Source: Candidatus Marinacidobacterales bacterium (GTDB taxonomy: Bacteria; Acidobacteriota; Vicinamibacteria; Marinacidobacterales; DATDRI01). From it: a stretch of DNA of 64,000 bases. The stretch lies in NCBI GenBank assembly GCA_965219415.1, contig CBDCNP010000002.1, positions 64,001 through 128,000 of the forward strand. The letters run 5' to 3'. This document shows positions 40,704 through 50,727 of this stretch, in pieces; the first letter of the stretch is position 1, and every line of letters begins with the position of its first letter. The notes under the pieces are model-generated. The model was not told where the DNA came from. It was given only the letters and a program-made list of their open reading frames with translations, and searched no databases. The position numbers were made by a program, and so were the translations under genes.

Positions 40704-40914
40704 AACACGGCTGTTGAATCACTCTCCCTCCCCCTCAGGGAGAGTTGGCCGTCAAAATACGCCGGGCCAAAGAAGCAGGTAGTCAGACGGCGGGTGCTGG
40801 TGGTCCTACACGGCGCGTTGTGTGATAGCGGTCACGAAACGGCCCACAAACCAGGGTTACCATGCCGGCACGCTCGCCCCCACCTGACGAGCCCAGCCAA
40901 TAGGAGGGGAACCT

Positions 40915-41493
40915 ATGACACGGACTAAACTGCCGTCGTTTCTGGCCCTCACCGTGATCCTACTACTCACAATAGGACCGGTCCGGGCACAGTACGTACG
41001 CCACATGAACTTGCGTCAACTTTGCGAAAACGCCAGAAGTATTTTTCGGGGCACCGTCCTCGCATCAACATCGGGCACCGTTGAAGCGGGTGGAGGAGAG
41101 ATCCCAACGATCACTTATCGGGTTCGCGTGGACGAGGCCTTTCAAGGCGTCGGCGAATCTGGAGACGTGGAGATCCGGATGGTCGACCCGAAGATGGCCG
41201 TACAGCGAAGTGGCTCGAAACGCTCCGTTCCTTTACTCAAGGGATTGCCTCAGATCAAAGTGGGAGAGGCCTACCTCTTCTTCCTGACACGCCCAGGCTC
41301 GGTCGGCCTTTCGACGACCGTCGGTCTCGGCCAGGGCTGCTTCCACGTCGTTGGGGGCGAGGAAGGGACCGCGGTCAACGAGTTCGGCAACGCCGGGCTC
41401 TTCAAAGACATGACTGAGCTGGCCACCGAGGCCGGTCCCATCGCCTATCGCACTCTTGCAAACGAGATCCGCCGCCTCCTGGGCGCGCAATAA
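40915..41493 (+). CDS. secreted hypothetical protein (predicted beta/OB-like fold)
   Basis: AGGAGG RBS; signal peptide VRA; IFRGTV…YRVRV…VGEAYLFFL pattern. Confidence 0.7.
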   Translation: MTRTKLPSFLALTVILLLTIGPVRAQYVRHMNLRQLCENARSIFRGTVLASTSGTVEAGGGEIPTITYRVRVDEAFQGVGESGDVEIRMVDPKMAVQRSGSKRSVPLLKGLPQIKVGEAYLFFLTRPGSVGLSTTVGLGQGCFHVVGGEEGTAVNEFGNAGLFKDMTELATEAGPIAYRTLANEIRRLLGAQ

Positions 41494-41507
41494 CCGAGGG
41501 GGAAACC

Positions 41508-43820
41508 ATGAAAACCCAACGATTTCTGTCTTCCTCTTTCGTCGCAGCGTACATCCTCGCCGGGTCTTCCCTGCCCGTTCACGCCGGAGGACCACTCGAC
41601 ATCTGCGCGAGCGGCCAACCTTTTCTTTGGCCCAACCAAGGCCAGAACATTCCGTTCAACCCGGACTCGGGCACATTGGGCCCCCTCAACAACGCGCAGG
41701 CCATCGCCGCTGTCGCCGCGGCTTTTCAGAGATGGAGCGATGTCCCCTCGGCCACGGCGACCTATCAGAACGCTGGACTCCTCCCTGTGGATGTCGACGA
41801 CACCAATTTCGTTCCCTTCCTCATCCCGCTTGCTCCTGATGGGCTCAGCGCGATCGTCTTCGACGCGACGGGGGAGATCTTCAACCTTCTCTTCGGAGCG
41901 GAGTCCGGCATCCTCGGTTTCGCCGGCCCCGAGTGGCTGGACGATGCCACCTGCGAGATCGCAGAAGGCGTCTCCTTCTTGAACGGGCCAGAGTTTACCG
42001 ACGCCGTGGTAGCGGAGGACGTCATGGTGCATGAGTTCGGTCATTACTCGAATCTCGCGCACACCGTGGTAAACGGCCAAGTCGTCATCGCGGTATTCTT
42101 TGGCGTGGTCGACGACATGCCCTCGCCCGATCCGGCTTTTCCCGGGTTCCCCCCCAATCCTTTCGTGGACATCATCGAGACCATGTACCCGTTCTATTTG
42201 GGCTCGATCGTCGGCACCAGGACACCCGAGGCCGATGACATCGCGATCCTATCCACGTTGTATCCGAGCCCCTCTTTCTTCAATGACTTTGGCAGTATCT
42301 CCGGAACCATCCTCGGACCGAACGCCACCACCAAACTCACCGGCGTGAACGTCATCGCCCGCAACGTCGCGAACCCGTACGCCGATGCGGTCTCCGCCAT
42401 ATCGAGTGACTTCACCGACGGGCTCAACCAATCGGACCCGGGCGTCGGCGCCTACACGATTAACGGTCTCACCCCCGACGCAAACTACATGGTCTTCGTG
42501 GACGAAGTTCTGCTGGGCGGATTCAGTACACCGCTCAATTCGCCTCCGCCCGGACCCGAGGAGTTCTACAACGGAGGCAGCGAGTCCAACGATCCGAGCA
42601 GCGACGACCCAACCGACGCAGAAGTCATCATGGCGTTGGCCGGCTCCCCGGTCGTCGACGTCGATATCGTTTTCAACCAACGGCCGCTCGCCGTTCCCGA
42701 CGAAGGTGGTGTGCAACTCTTCCTACCGTTCAGGATGCGCATTTGCGGTGAAGTATTCGAGAACATCTTCATCAATGGGAACGGATATGTATCGTTCGGT
42801 GCTCTCGGGCCCAATCCCAGTTTTTTCCCGAACGTCGGCGAGTTCCTGTCCGGTCCACCCAAGATCGTACCGCTGTGGGCGGATCTCGACGCCAGCTCTG
42901 CGGGCGTCGTCACGTTCAAGCAGACGCGGCACACGTTTACCGTCATCTACGAGGACGTGCCGGAGTTCTTCTTCGGCGGAGCAAACAGCTTCAAAATCAC
43001 TCTCTTCAGAGGTCCTCGCCGGCGCGGGAACTCGTTTCTCGTCAAATATGGCGGGATGACTGCCCCGTTCGGCATCGCCGGGTTCAGCTGCGGTGGGGCG
43101 GTAACCTCAGGATTCGAGACGGAGACCGATCTAACAGAAACGCGCCGCTTCTTTGGCGTCAACATTATCAGGGGGAAGAAGAAGACCGCCGTTTTCGAGG
43201 AGTTCGACAACTTCGACAACGACCTCGCGAACCGGCGGCTTTTTTATACCAAGACGTCGGATTTCCGTGACCGCTTCGAGCCCAACGACTCGATAGGAAG
43301 AGCGACTCGCATCCGTCTCCCCTTCGACACCATTAGCGACAAGCGCTTCACCGAAATCGAGCCGGCCGGTGATGACGTGGATTACTTCAAGTTCCAAGCT
43401 CGCGCTGGCGACATCCTGACCGCAGAAATCCTCACCGGCCAGATCGATTCCGTCATGGGCCTGTACCAACTCATTGGCGGTAAACATCATGGAGACGATG
43501 ACAGCGATAGCAGTGACAGCCGCAGTAGCGACAGCAGTGACAGCCGCAGTAGCGACAGCAGTGACAGCCGCAGTAGCGACAGCAGTGACAGCAGTGACAG
43601 CAGTGACAAGAAACACGGCGGTGCGCCGCAAGCAGTTCTGATCGCTCTTGACGACGATGGGGGCGAAGGGCTCCTGTCCAAGATCGTGTTCGAGATCCCC
43701 GCCGACGGGAAATACGCGATCGCCGTATCCACTTTCCCCGACTTCGACTTCGATGGGGACGGGAACACGGATCCCATCTTTGGTCGGGGACGCTACGTAT
43801 TGAGCATCGTCAAACAGTAG
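41508..43820 (+). CDS. secreted metzincin (matrixin-like) metalloprotease with NIDO-like and PPC-like C-terminal domains
   Basis: Signal peptide; HEFGHYSNLAH and ETMYP Met-turn; NGNGYVSF…PLWADL; FEPND…DVDYFKF. Confidence 0.75.
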   Translation: MKTQRFLSSSFVAAYILAGSSLPVHAGGPLDICASGQPFLWPNQGQNIPFNPDSGTLGPLNNAQAIAAVAAAFQRWSDVPSATATYQNAGLLPVDVDDTNFVPFLIPLAPDGLSAIVFDATGEIFNLLFGAESGILGFAGPEWLDDATCEIAEGVSFLNGPEFTDAVVAEDVMVHEFGHYSNLAHTVVNGQVVIAVFFGVVDDMPSPDPAFPGFPPNPFVDIIETMYPFYLGSIVGTRTPEADDIAILSTLYPSPSFFNDFGSISGTILGPNATTKLTGVNVIARNVANPYADAVSAISSDFTDGLNQSDPGVGAYTINGLTPDANYMVFVDEVLLGGFSTPLNSPPPGPEEFYNGGSESNDPSSDDPTDAEVIMALAGSPVVDVDIVFNQRPLAVPDEGGVQLFLPFRMRICGEVFENIFINGNGYVSFGALGPNPSFFPNVGEFLSGPPKIVPLWADLDASSAGVVTFKQTRHTFTVIYEDVPEFFFGGANSFKITLFRGPRRRGNSFLVKYGGMTAPFGIAGFSCGGAVTSGFETETDLTETRRFFGVNIIRGKKKTAVFEEFDNFDNDLANRRLFYTKTSDFRDRFEPNDSIGRATRIRLPFDTISDKRFTEIEPAGDDVDYFKFQARAGDILTAEILTGQIDSVMGLYQLIGGKHHGDDDSDSSDSRSSDSSDSRSSDSSDSRSSDSSDSSDSSDKKHGGAPQAVLIALDDDGGEGLLSKIVFEIPADGKYAIAVSTFPDFDFDGDGNTDPIFGRGRYVLSIVKQ
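43503..43607 (+). repeat. 24-bp (SDSSDSRS) x3 plus 9-bp (DSS) tandem repeats inside the protease
   Basis: agcga[t/c]agcagtgacagccgcagt at 43503, 43527 and 43551, then gacagcagt units. Confidence 0.92.
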
Positions 43821-43825
43821 GATCC

Positions 43826-43867
43826 CTCGGGAGGGGACTCGACAGGTCCCCTCCCGAGAGTTGTTTT
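43826..43867 (+). terminator. intrinsic terminator after the metalloprotease
   Basis: 13-bp perfect stem ctcgggaggggac/gtcccctcccgag followed by agttgtttt. Confidence 0.75.
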
Positions 43868-43945
43868 CCTCCAGAAAACAGGGCTTCAGGGTTAGTACGC
43901 CCTCTCCGCTTGAGCTAGACTGCCTCCGAAAGGAGCTCTTCAATC

Positions 43946-44812
43946 ATGGTTTATCGCCTTCGTGGTCTTACTTTAATCGCTCTAGCAAGTCTGGTGGCAG
44001 CCTGTTCGGCACGGCAAGCGAGCACCCCAATCGGTCTCGCGTCCGACGACCAAGCCGGCCGTTTCGTCTGGCAGGAGCTCCTCACCGACGATGTCCCGTC
44101 GGCGCGGCGTTTTTACAGCGGGCTCTTCGGCTGGCAGTTCGAGGATACCAAACGCCTTGGCAAGCCGTATATCTTGGTTCGCAGTGGAGGCGACTACGTC
44201 GCTGGGATCACCTACGTCAAACGAGAAAAGCCAGATGAGCCCGTCGCCCAATGGCTCAGTTATCTCCTCGTCGCCGATGTCGACGAAGCCGCGAAGAACT
44301 TCAAGGAGGCTGGCGGTCAAATACTCGTCGCCCCGCTCGACCTGAAAGGCACCGCGCGGGCGGCCATGGTCACCGACTTCGCGGGCGCCCCACTGGGCCT
44401 GGTGAGCTTCGACGCGGAGCTTCCCGCTCCGCCGGCCGATCCACCGTTCGGAAGGTTTTTCTGGAGAGACTACTTGGCAAAAGACGTCGAGGACTCGCTA
44501 GACTTCTACCGCAAGTTTCCCGGTTACCGGGCTCAGAAAGAAGGAAAAGGCAACAGCCTTCACTACGTCTTTCGCCACGGAACGGGCGGAAAAGCTATCG
44601 CCGGGCTGATTCCGATCGGTGATTCCCCCGTGTGCCCCAATTGGCTTCCCTATGTTCGAGTCGAGGATCCGACCGCGCTCGCCCGCTGCGCTTCGGAGCT
44701 CGGAGGCAAGGTCCTACTCGAACCAAGGTCGGAAGTGAGAGAAGGCTCGCTCGCTATTGTTGCTGATCCGACCGGCGGCGCTCCGGCGCTTCAGAAGTGG
44801 CCCATTAGTTGA
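43946..44812 (+). CDS. two-domain VOC/glyoxalase family lipoprotein
   Basis: VAAC lipobox; GRFVWQEL…FY…FGW and WLPYVRV…GG…DPTG repeats. Confidence 0.85.
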   Translation: MVYRLRGLTLIALASLVAACSARQASTPIGLASDDQAGRFVWQELLTDDVPSARRFYSGLFGWQFEDTKRLGKPYILVRSGGDYVAGITYVKREKPDEPVAQWLSYLLVADVDEAAKNFKEAGGQILVAPLDLKGTARAAMVTDFAGAPLGLVSFDAELPAPPADPPFGRFFWRDYLAKDVEDSLDFYRKFPGYRAQKEGKGNSLHYVFRHGTGGKAIAGLIPIGDSPVCPNWLPYVRVEDPTALARCASELGGKVLLEPRSEVREGSLAIVADPTGGAPALQKWPIS

Positions 44813-44816
44813 GGAG

Positions 44817-45005
44817 ATGATGATGATGATGATGAAACGTAGAATGATTCAGTTGACGCTGCTCTTGCTCCTGCTAACGGGCGTTGCCTTCACCACGACG
44901 GGCTGTACGACTTCGGTGGGTGTTGGGGTGAGCTACGGTTACCCAGGATCTTGGTACGGTCCCTGGCGCGGGCCAGCCTACATGGGCGGCCCGTTCTATT
45001 ATTGA
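44817..45005 (+). CDS. small Gly/Tyr/Pro-rich putative lipoprotein
   Basis: GAGGAG RBS, (ATG)6, KRR, hydrophobic stretch and TTGC. Confidence 0.6.
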   Translation: MMMMMMKRRMIQLTLLLLLLTGVAFTTTGCTTSVGVGVSYGYPGSWYGPWRGPAYMGGPFYY

Positions 45006-45970
45006 ACCTTTTGCAGTATCTCCCTCGCCCCCGGGAGATGCTCCTCTTGGATGCGCGCCAGTAGCTCCAACCAACGGGGATTCATTGCAACCGCGCGTTT
45101 GATGTCGGCCAGCGCTTCCGCCTCGTTGCCGGCCTGCATCAACATCGCGCCTCGCCAGAAGATCAACTCGTCGTTTTCCGGCACGATCTCGAGCGCGGCG
45201 TCGTAGGCCCCGAAGGCCTTCTCGAATTCCTGTGCCGCTAAATAGTTGTCGCCGTCGGTCGCGAGATCGTAGGCCTTTCTAAGCTGGTACAGCCGTGTGA
45301 GCTCCGCGATCGGCGTCTGGTGATCTTCGACTCGCAGATCAACCACACGGTTTTTCCACGGCTCGTCCTCGGAGACGGAGCGAACCACGAGGAGCGCCGC
45401 CGACTGTCGGCCACGCACGTCACCTCCCGCTTCTTGCCCGGCTCGAAGAGCCGCTAATATGCGATCGCCGAGATCGCCCTTGGTCTGTTCGAACGTCCTC
45501 CCCATGTTTTCCCAAACCTCGGAAGAGGCAAGCAGGTTTCCCTGCGCGGAGTGATCTCTACCAATGCGATCGCCGGTGAAAGGGATGCACATCTTGCCGG
45601 TGTGAGCGGCCACTCGTCCCTGCGCATCGATGAACGCGACCTGACGCACGTCGCGCGCCTCGTCTTTCGACAACAGCTCATCTAAGGCGTCCTTCGCCGA
45701 CTTCCCCGCTTTCATGAGTGCGAGGCCGTGAGGTCCGTAGGCCGGCTCGATAAACGATTGTGTCGCAACCGCTCCGACCCCAGCCTCTCGCCACGAAACA
45801 CTGCTGCCCACCGAAAACCAGTGCGACTGACCGAACTCCCCGGTCGCGGGATCGCGCGCCACGATGGAGAAGGTGCCGGCGGGCCTTCGGGGCACGAGCT
45901 CTTCGGCAGAAGGGGCACCTGCAATCGCCGTCGTAATGAAAAACATCAGGAATCCTGCCAACATGAACAT
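44999..45970 (-). CDS. DUF1028 (Ntn-hydrolase-like) protein with C-terminal TPR
   Basis: TFSIVARD, GAVATQS, GGDVRGRQSAAL and DLRVEDH motifs. Confidence 0.9.
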   Translation of the reverse strand: MFMLAGFLMFFITTAIAGAPSAEELVPRRPAGTFSIVARDPATGEFGQSHWFSVGSSVSWREAGVGAVATQSFIEPAYGPHGLALMKAGKSAKDALDELLSKDEARDVRQVAFIDAQGRVAAHTGKMCIPFTGDRIGRDHSAQGNLLASSEVWENMGRTFEQTKGDLGDRILAALRAGQEAGGDVRGRQSAALLVVRSVSEDEPWKNRVVDLRVEDHQTPIAELTRLYQLRKAYDLATDGDNYLAAQEFEKAFGAYDAALEIVPENDELIFWRGAMLMQAGNEAEALADIKRAVAMNPRWLELLARIQEEHLPGAREILQKVQ

Positions 45971-45995
45971 CTTCTCTCCTCCTGCTGGGTGACGC

Positions 45996-47224
45996 TTATC
46001 TCAACCTTGCGGTAACCTCGAGAAGACGATCGATATCGGCGGCGTTGTTGAAAAGGGCGATTCCAGCTCGAATCTGCGTGCCGTCCTCCCGAAAACTCAC
46101 CTTGATCCCATTTTCCTCCATGATGGCGCGAACCGTATCGGGATCTCTGCCGTGAACGAAACTGACGATGGACGAGGCGTTGTGTGGAGGCGTGAGCACT
46201 CGGAGGCCTCGCTCCACCAATCCGCTCCGCAGTCGCTGGGCGAGGGCGATCGTATGTTTTCCGATCCGTTCGACCCCCACCCTGGCGAGATAGTCGAGTG
46301 CCGCGCCCAGTTGGTAGACCGCATCGAACGCAAGCGTCGCATACTCGAACGCTCTTGCCCCCTTGTAAAGCCGATACCGATAGTCTCCGAGCTCCTCTTC
46401 GTCCTGGAGCGCTCCCACTCTATCCGGCCGGACGCGGTCCAAAAGCTCTCGGCGAACGAAGAAGGGTGCCACCCCGTATCCCGCTAGCAACCACTTGTAG
46501 GTACCACTGGCAAGAAAGTCGATACCGGTCTCACCGAGTTGCGTTGGGAACATACCGACCGCTTGCACCGCGTCGGTATACAGATACGCACCGTGAGCAT
46601 GTGCGAGTTCCCCGAGGCCCTTCATGTCGTGTCGAAAGCCATTCTGGTGAGAGACCCAGGCAACGGAGATTAATCGTGTGCGAGCATCTACCAGCCGTTC
46701 AAACTCGGAGTTTGGAACCGCGCCGCCACGCTGTCTGGCAATTCGCAGCTCGATCCCGAGCGTCTCTTCGAGGTGCTTGTACAAAATGTAGCTTGTCGAG
46801 TAATGGAGTTCGTCCACCACAACGTTGTCGCCTCGTTCGAGGCCAATTTGACGCGCCACGATGTTCTCGCCTTCGGTCGTGGCATAGAGGAAACCGATCT
46901 CGTCGCTTGAGACGCTTACTAACCGCGCGAACTTGTCTCTAACTTCGTTGGTGCGAGCGAGCATCTCCCCGAGCGAGATCGGCTTTCGAGCCTTGGATTT
47001 CAAAAAGCGCGCACCGGCCTCGACGACAAGCCCGGGGGAGGAGTTATGTAGGCACTGTCGAGGTAGATACCCTCCGCGGTGACCGGAAAGTCCTCCCGCA
47101 CCCCAAGCGGATCGGCCTGACTGGGTGCAACTCCCATCCTCTCCGTCCTCTGCCGCGCGACCGCCGCGGTCGCGGACGCGACGCCCAGAAACTGTCTGCG
47201 GTCGACCTTCCTGGACGAGCTCAA
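45996..47224 (-). pseudogene. Tat-exported aminotransferase class V; frameshift near 47035
   Basis: DRRQFLG…REDFP…YLDSAY in ORF 47000-47224 joins the frame with TDAVQ and YKWLL at a C-run. Confidence 0.8.
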
Positions 47225-47730
47225 ATGGATCTCGACATGTGGAGCGCCCGCTGGCCGGCAGGATAGATCCCCTCGTCCCTCGAAAAGCGGAACCCATGCT
47301 GAGAGAATAGCCTTTGCCCCCGCGCATTGCCATCTGCGACGGAGAGGTGGATCTCTCGAATCGGGTGCTCCGAATCGAGGAGCGGCGCCTCCGCTATCGC
47401 TTTTGTAAGGAGTGCGGTTCCAACTCCTTGCGTCTGGAACTCTGGGACGACGGCGATTGCGAGCAGGTCCGCCAACGCCTCGTCACCCTTCATGCGGTTG
47501 GGATACGCCATAAGCATCGCCAAACCCACAGGCTGCTCGTCTAGCTCACCGACCAGAGTCAGGACGCCCTGGGTATCGAACCACTCCACCAGGTAGCGAT
47601 CGTAGCTGCCGTAGATAGAGAAGACGCTGTGCGCAAGTCGGCGAACAAAGGCGCGGTCATCCCCCGTCGCTACGCGCACCGACAACCTTCCGCCCGCTCG
47701 GGCAGCCGGCCTCGGGGTTGTCTCTCTCAT
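47221..47730 (-). CDS. GNAT N-acetyltransferase
   Basis: IAVVPEFQTQGVGTALL and N…QRLF…HGF motifs. Confidence 0.88.
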   Translation of the reverse strand: MRETTPRPAARAGGRLSVRVATGDDRAFVRRLAHSVFSIYGSYDRYLVEWFDTQGVLTLVGELDEQPVGLAMLMAYPNRMKGDEALADLLAIAVVPEFQTQGVGTALLTKAIAEAPLLDSEHPIREIHLSVADGNARGQRLFSQHGFRFSRDEGIYPAGQRALHMSRSI

Positions 47731-47887
47731 TCACGCCCTCCGACTGAAAGCCTAGGATTCCTGGAATAGTACTACGTACATTGGAGGGTCCTCAATCAGG
47801 AGGCCGTCATCCAATGCTCACAATTCGCTCATTTCTTTTGGGCCCGAGGAGACTAGATTGCACCCACATCAAGTTGAGGAGGAAACG

Positions 47888-48574
47888 ATGAAAGAACTGA
47901 CCTGGGTAGGTGTCCTTCTAACATTCATGGTTTGCGTGGGATGTGAGCGCCACGCCCCTGACCTGCCGCTGACCGTGGCTGCAGAGGCCGGAGACCGACT
48001 GCGGCTTGTGCGCCTGCTCGAGCAAGGAATGGATCCCGTCGCAACCGATGGGCAAGGTTGGGGACCTCTCCATTGGGCAGCGGGGTCCGGGCGCTCCGAG
48101 ATCATCGACGCGTTGGTGGAGGCCGGTGCGGACGTCGACCGCAACGATCAGGGACGGAATCGGTGGACGCCATTGATGCACGCCATTCACACGGACCAGG
48201 AAGAGGCGGCGACGAGACTTCTCGCACGCGGGGCCTCCGCGAACGCGACATCTCCTGGTGGCGTCACACCACTGATCATGGCCGCCGGTTATGGACAAAG
48301 CGACCTCGTCGAAGTGTTGCTCCACCACGGAGCCAACCCCTATGCAGATGCCGGGAACGGAATCACCGCTCTTTGGGCGGCGGCCGGTGGTGGCGCCATA
48401 CGGGATTTCACCGACGGTCCGTCGTTCGGCACGTGTTTTCCAGAAACGATCCGCATCCTGCGCGAAAACACGCCTGACTTGCGATTGACGTCAGGCCTGG
48501 CGTCTAGATTGGTGGTTTGGTTTAGCTACTTGCGGGGTTGCGAAGAAACCGTACGGGGGCTGCGGGCCAAGTAA
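47888..48574 (+). CDS. ankyrin-repeat lipoprotein
   Basis: CVGC lipobox; GPLHWAA, TPLMHA, TPLIMAA and TALWAA repeats. Confidence 0.88.
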   Translation: MKELTWVGVLLTFMVCVGCERHAPDLPLTVAAEAGDRLRLVRLLEQGMDPVATDGQGWGPLHWAAGSGRSEIIDALVEAGADVDRNDQGRNRWTPLMHAIHTDQEEAATRLLARGASANATSPGGVTPLIMAAGYGQSDLVEVLLHHGANPYADAGNGITALWAAAGGGAIRDFTDGPSFGTCFPETIRILRENTPDLRLTSGLASRLVVWFSYLRGCEETVRGLRAK

Positions 48575-48584
48575 GAGAAAGGGC

Positions 48585-49040
48585 TTAGAATGGACCGGGG
48601 ATGTCGGAGTCGTCCACCACATGAACCGACTGAACGATAGACGTCACGATACGACGCCCTTCGCGCATCACTTCGATCCGCATTCCCAAACCGACCCAGG
48701 AGACTTTGAGAAGGTTGCCCCCATAACTCGATCCGCAAAGGTAGGACTCGGTTGGCTCGGCGAAAAAACGCCCGCCTTGAATGAGCACTTTCGACTCCCC
48801 GGGGCTCAGCAATATGAGCTGATACACCGTGTTCTGGGTTCTGACGTGAAGGCGCGTCAAAGTTGGGAGCTCGCCCATGTCGACCCCTCCCTGCCGAGCC
48901 GCCTCCTCCGCAAACCCGTCGAGGGTACAGCGGCGCGGGACCAGAAGCTCGTCAGAATCGAGACCAACAGCCGTATCTTGGGTAGACACAGCAAGATCCA
49001 CATGGGTGGTCGACGGGCCCAGGCCCTTGTTGCCTTCCAT
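48585..49040 (-). CDS. hypothetical protein
   Basis: Globular-looking ORF (VRTQNTVY…GGRFF…IVTS) filling the gap; start uncertain. Confidence 0.55.
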   Translation of the reverse strand: MEGNKGLGPSTTHVDLAVSTQDTAVGLDSDELLVPRRCTLDGFAEEAARQGGVDMGELPTLTRLHVRTQNTVYQLILLSPGESKVLIQGGRFFAEPTESYLCGSSYGGNLLKVSWVGLGMRIEVMREGRRIVTSIVQSVHVVDDSDIPGPF

Positions 49041-49117
49041 TCTTGAACCCATTTTACTCGAAACTACCCTAGAAGCCAAGATATGGGAGGCGTCCGCCGG
49101 GGATGCCTTCCAGCCCC

Positions 49118-50620
49118 TCAATAGCGCAGAAGAACCTTGGCGATCTCGTCTTCGACCTGATCGGCACGCCATTGTCGCCGGATCCCGTTCAACATCACCG
49201 AAAAGGCCACCGGCCCTTCAGTCGGGGAGAAAGCGACACCGGAAAGCGAGCTGATCCCCGCCAGGCTCCCCGTTTTGCCCATCACCCTCCCCATATACTC
49301 TTCACTGCGATAGCGACGAGTTAGAGTTCCATCGACTCCGCCCAGCGCCAGCGTACAGAGGAAACTGGTGCGAAGCTCGGGCGTGTCGTAGAACTCCCGT
49401 AGAACATCCACCAGAATCGAGGGAGTCAGGTTGTTTTCGTAGGACAGTCCGGACCCGTCATCGATCCGAAAATCACTCGAGGAGTGACCCAATCCCATCA
49501 AATACTCGCTGAGCGCTCGAGCCCCTGACTCGAAACTTCCAGGTGCACCCCAGCGGTAGGCACCCAGTGCTTTTAGTATCTGCTCCGCCGCGAAGTTGTT
49601 GCTGTACTTTCCGAGCAACTCCACGACTTGAATCAAAGGCGGCGAACGATGAACGTAAAGAGACCGTAGCCCTGGATCGTTGGCTAGGCCCTTCTCGACC
49701 TGCCCACGAAATGAGACGCCGTGATCACGCAACTTGCCGACGAAGGCCGACGCAAGGTACCGCGATGGATTGGGCGCAACGAAACCGCCACGGCGTTCTT
49801 CGTCGCCCGCGATCACTCGTCCACTGACGACAACGCGATCGCGCCCGCCCGACTTGCGAACGCGGAGCCAAGGCCGTCCCCGACCGGCGGTGGTCACACG
49901 ATTCAGAACCTCGAAGTAGCCGTACCCCCCATCGAACAAAGTGGCTCGTGTTCCCGCACTGTCGGCGGGAGTCGCCGTCACTTCCACGATGTTGAAGTTG
50001 TAGGAAAGAGCGCTTTGGATCGGCAGTCCCTTCTTGAGGATGTTGTCATAGGAGGCTGGTCCTCGCAGTTGATCGTCGAAGAAGCTGTCGTCCAGGATCA
50101 GATTGCCTTCGATCGCCCGTATCCCGGCCCGCGCCAAGGCCACCATGATCTCTTCCAAATCTCCGTCAGCCAATGCCGGATCGCCCGAGCCCTGAAGATA
50201 GAGGTTCCCTTTCGCGACACCGTCGACGATGGGGCCGTCGATCAGCAGGCGCGTTTCGAATCGATGGCTGGGACCGAGGTAGTGAAGCGCCGCGGCCATG
50301 GTGACCAGCTTCATCGCGGAAGCAGGGATGAATTTCTTCGTTGGATTGTGAGCGTAAAGCGTCTGACCCGTTTGCAGGCTCACCACCTGAACGCCGATGG
50401 CTCGATTCAGTCTGAATCGACGCCGTACTCGATCGAGGCTCTTGGCGAGATCGCTTCGTTCGTCCGCCCTCACGCTTGCTACCGGCCGCAGTGAGTGCAT
50501 CGGCCCCCACTCGATGAAACTGGGGACGACGAGCAAAAGAATGGCGAAGTGGAAGGAACCCCTCAGAAAACGCAAGTACGCCTCTCTCCTAAAGACTTCT
50601 CCTGTATCTATTTGTACCAT
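49118..50620 (-). CDS. dacB: D-Ala-D-Ala carboxypeptidase/endopeptidase (PBP4, peptidase S13)
   Basis: PASAMK (SxxK), YSNN (SxN), DGSGLS and KTG motifs; start uncertain. Confidence 0.92.
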   Translation of the reverse strand: MVQIDTGEVFRREAYLRFLRGSFHFAILLLVVPSFIEWGPMHSLRPVASVRADERSDLAKSLDRVRRRFRLNRAIGVQVVSLQTGQTLYAHNPTKKFIPASAMKLVTMAAALHYLGPSHRFETRLLIDGPIVDGVAKGNLYLQGSGDPALADGDLEEIMVALARAGIRAIEGNLILDDSFFDDQLRGPASYDNILKKGLPIQSALSYNFNIVEVTATPADSAGTRATLFDGGYGYFEVLNRVTTAGRGRPWLRVRKSGGRDRVVVSGRVIAGDEERRGGFVAPNPSRYLASAFVGKLRDHGVSFRGQVEKGLANDPGLRSLYVHRSPPLIQVVELLGKYSNNFAAEQILKALGAYRWGAPGSFESGARALSEYLMGLGHSSSDFRIDDGSGLSYENNLTPSILVDVLREFYDTPELRTSFLCTLALGGVDGTLTRRYRSEEYMGRVMGKTGSLAGISSLSGVAFSPTEGPVAFSVMLNGIRRQWRADQVEDEIAKVLLRY

Positions 50621-50727
50621 ACATGCAATAGCTTGGCGACCCTCGCGTATTTCCGAGCGGCCCGGCGCGTAGCCGCTGGATGGAAGACCCGCCAGCACCT
50701 TAGGAATAGACGTTTTGTGGTAGTCTC

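Noticed and set aside
43503-43607. Tandem repeats as a CRISPR array
   Set aside because: No unique spacers, the repeats are in-frame within a CDS, and there are no cas genes.
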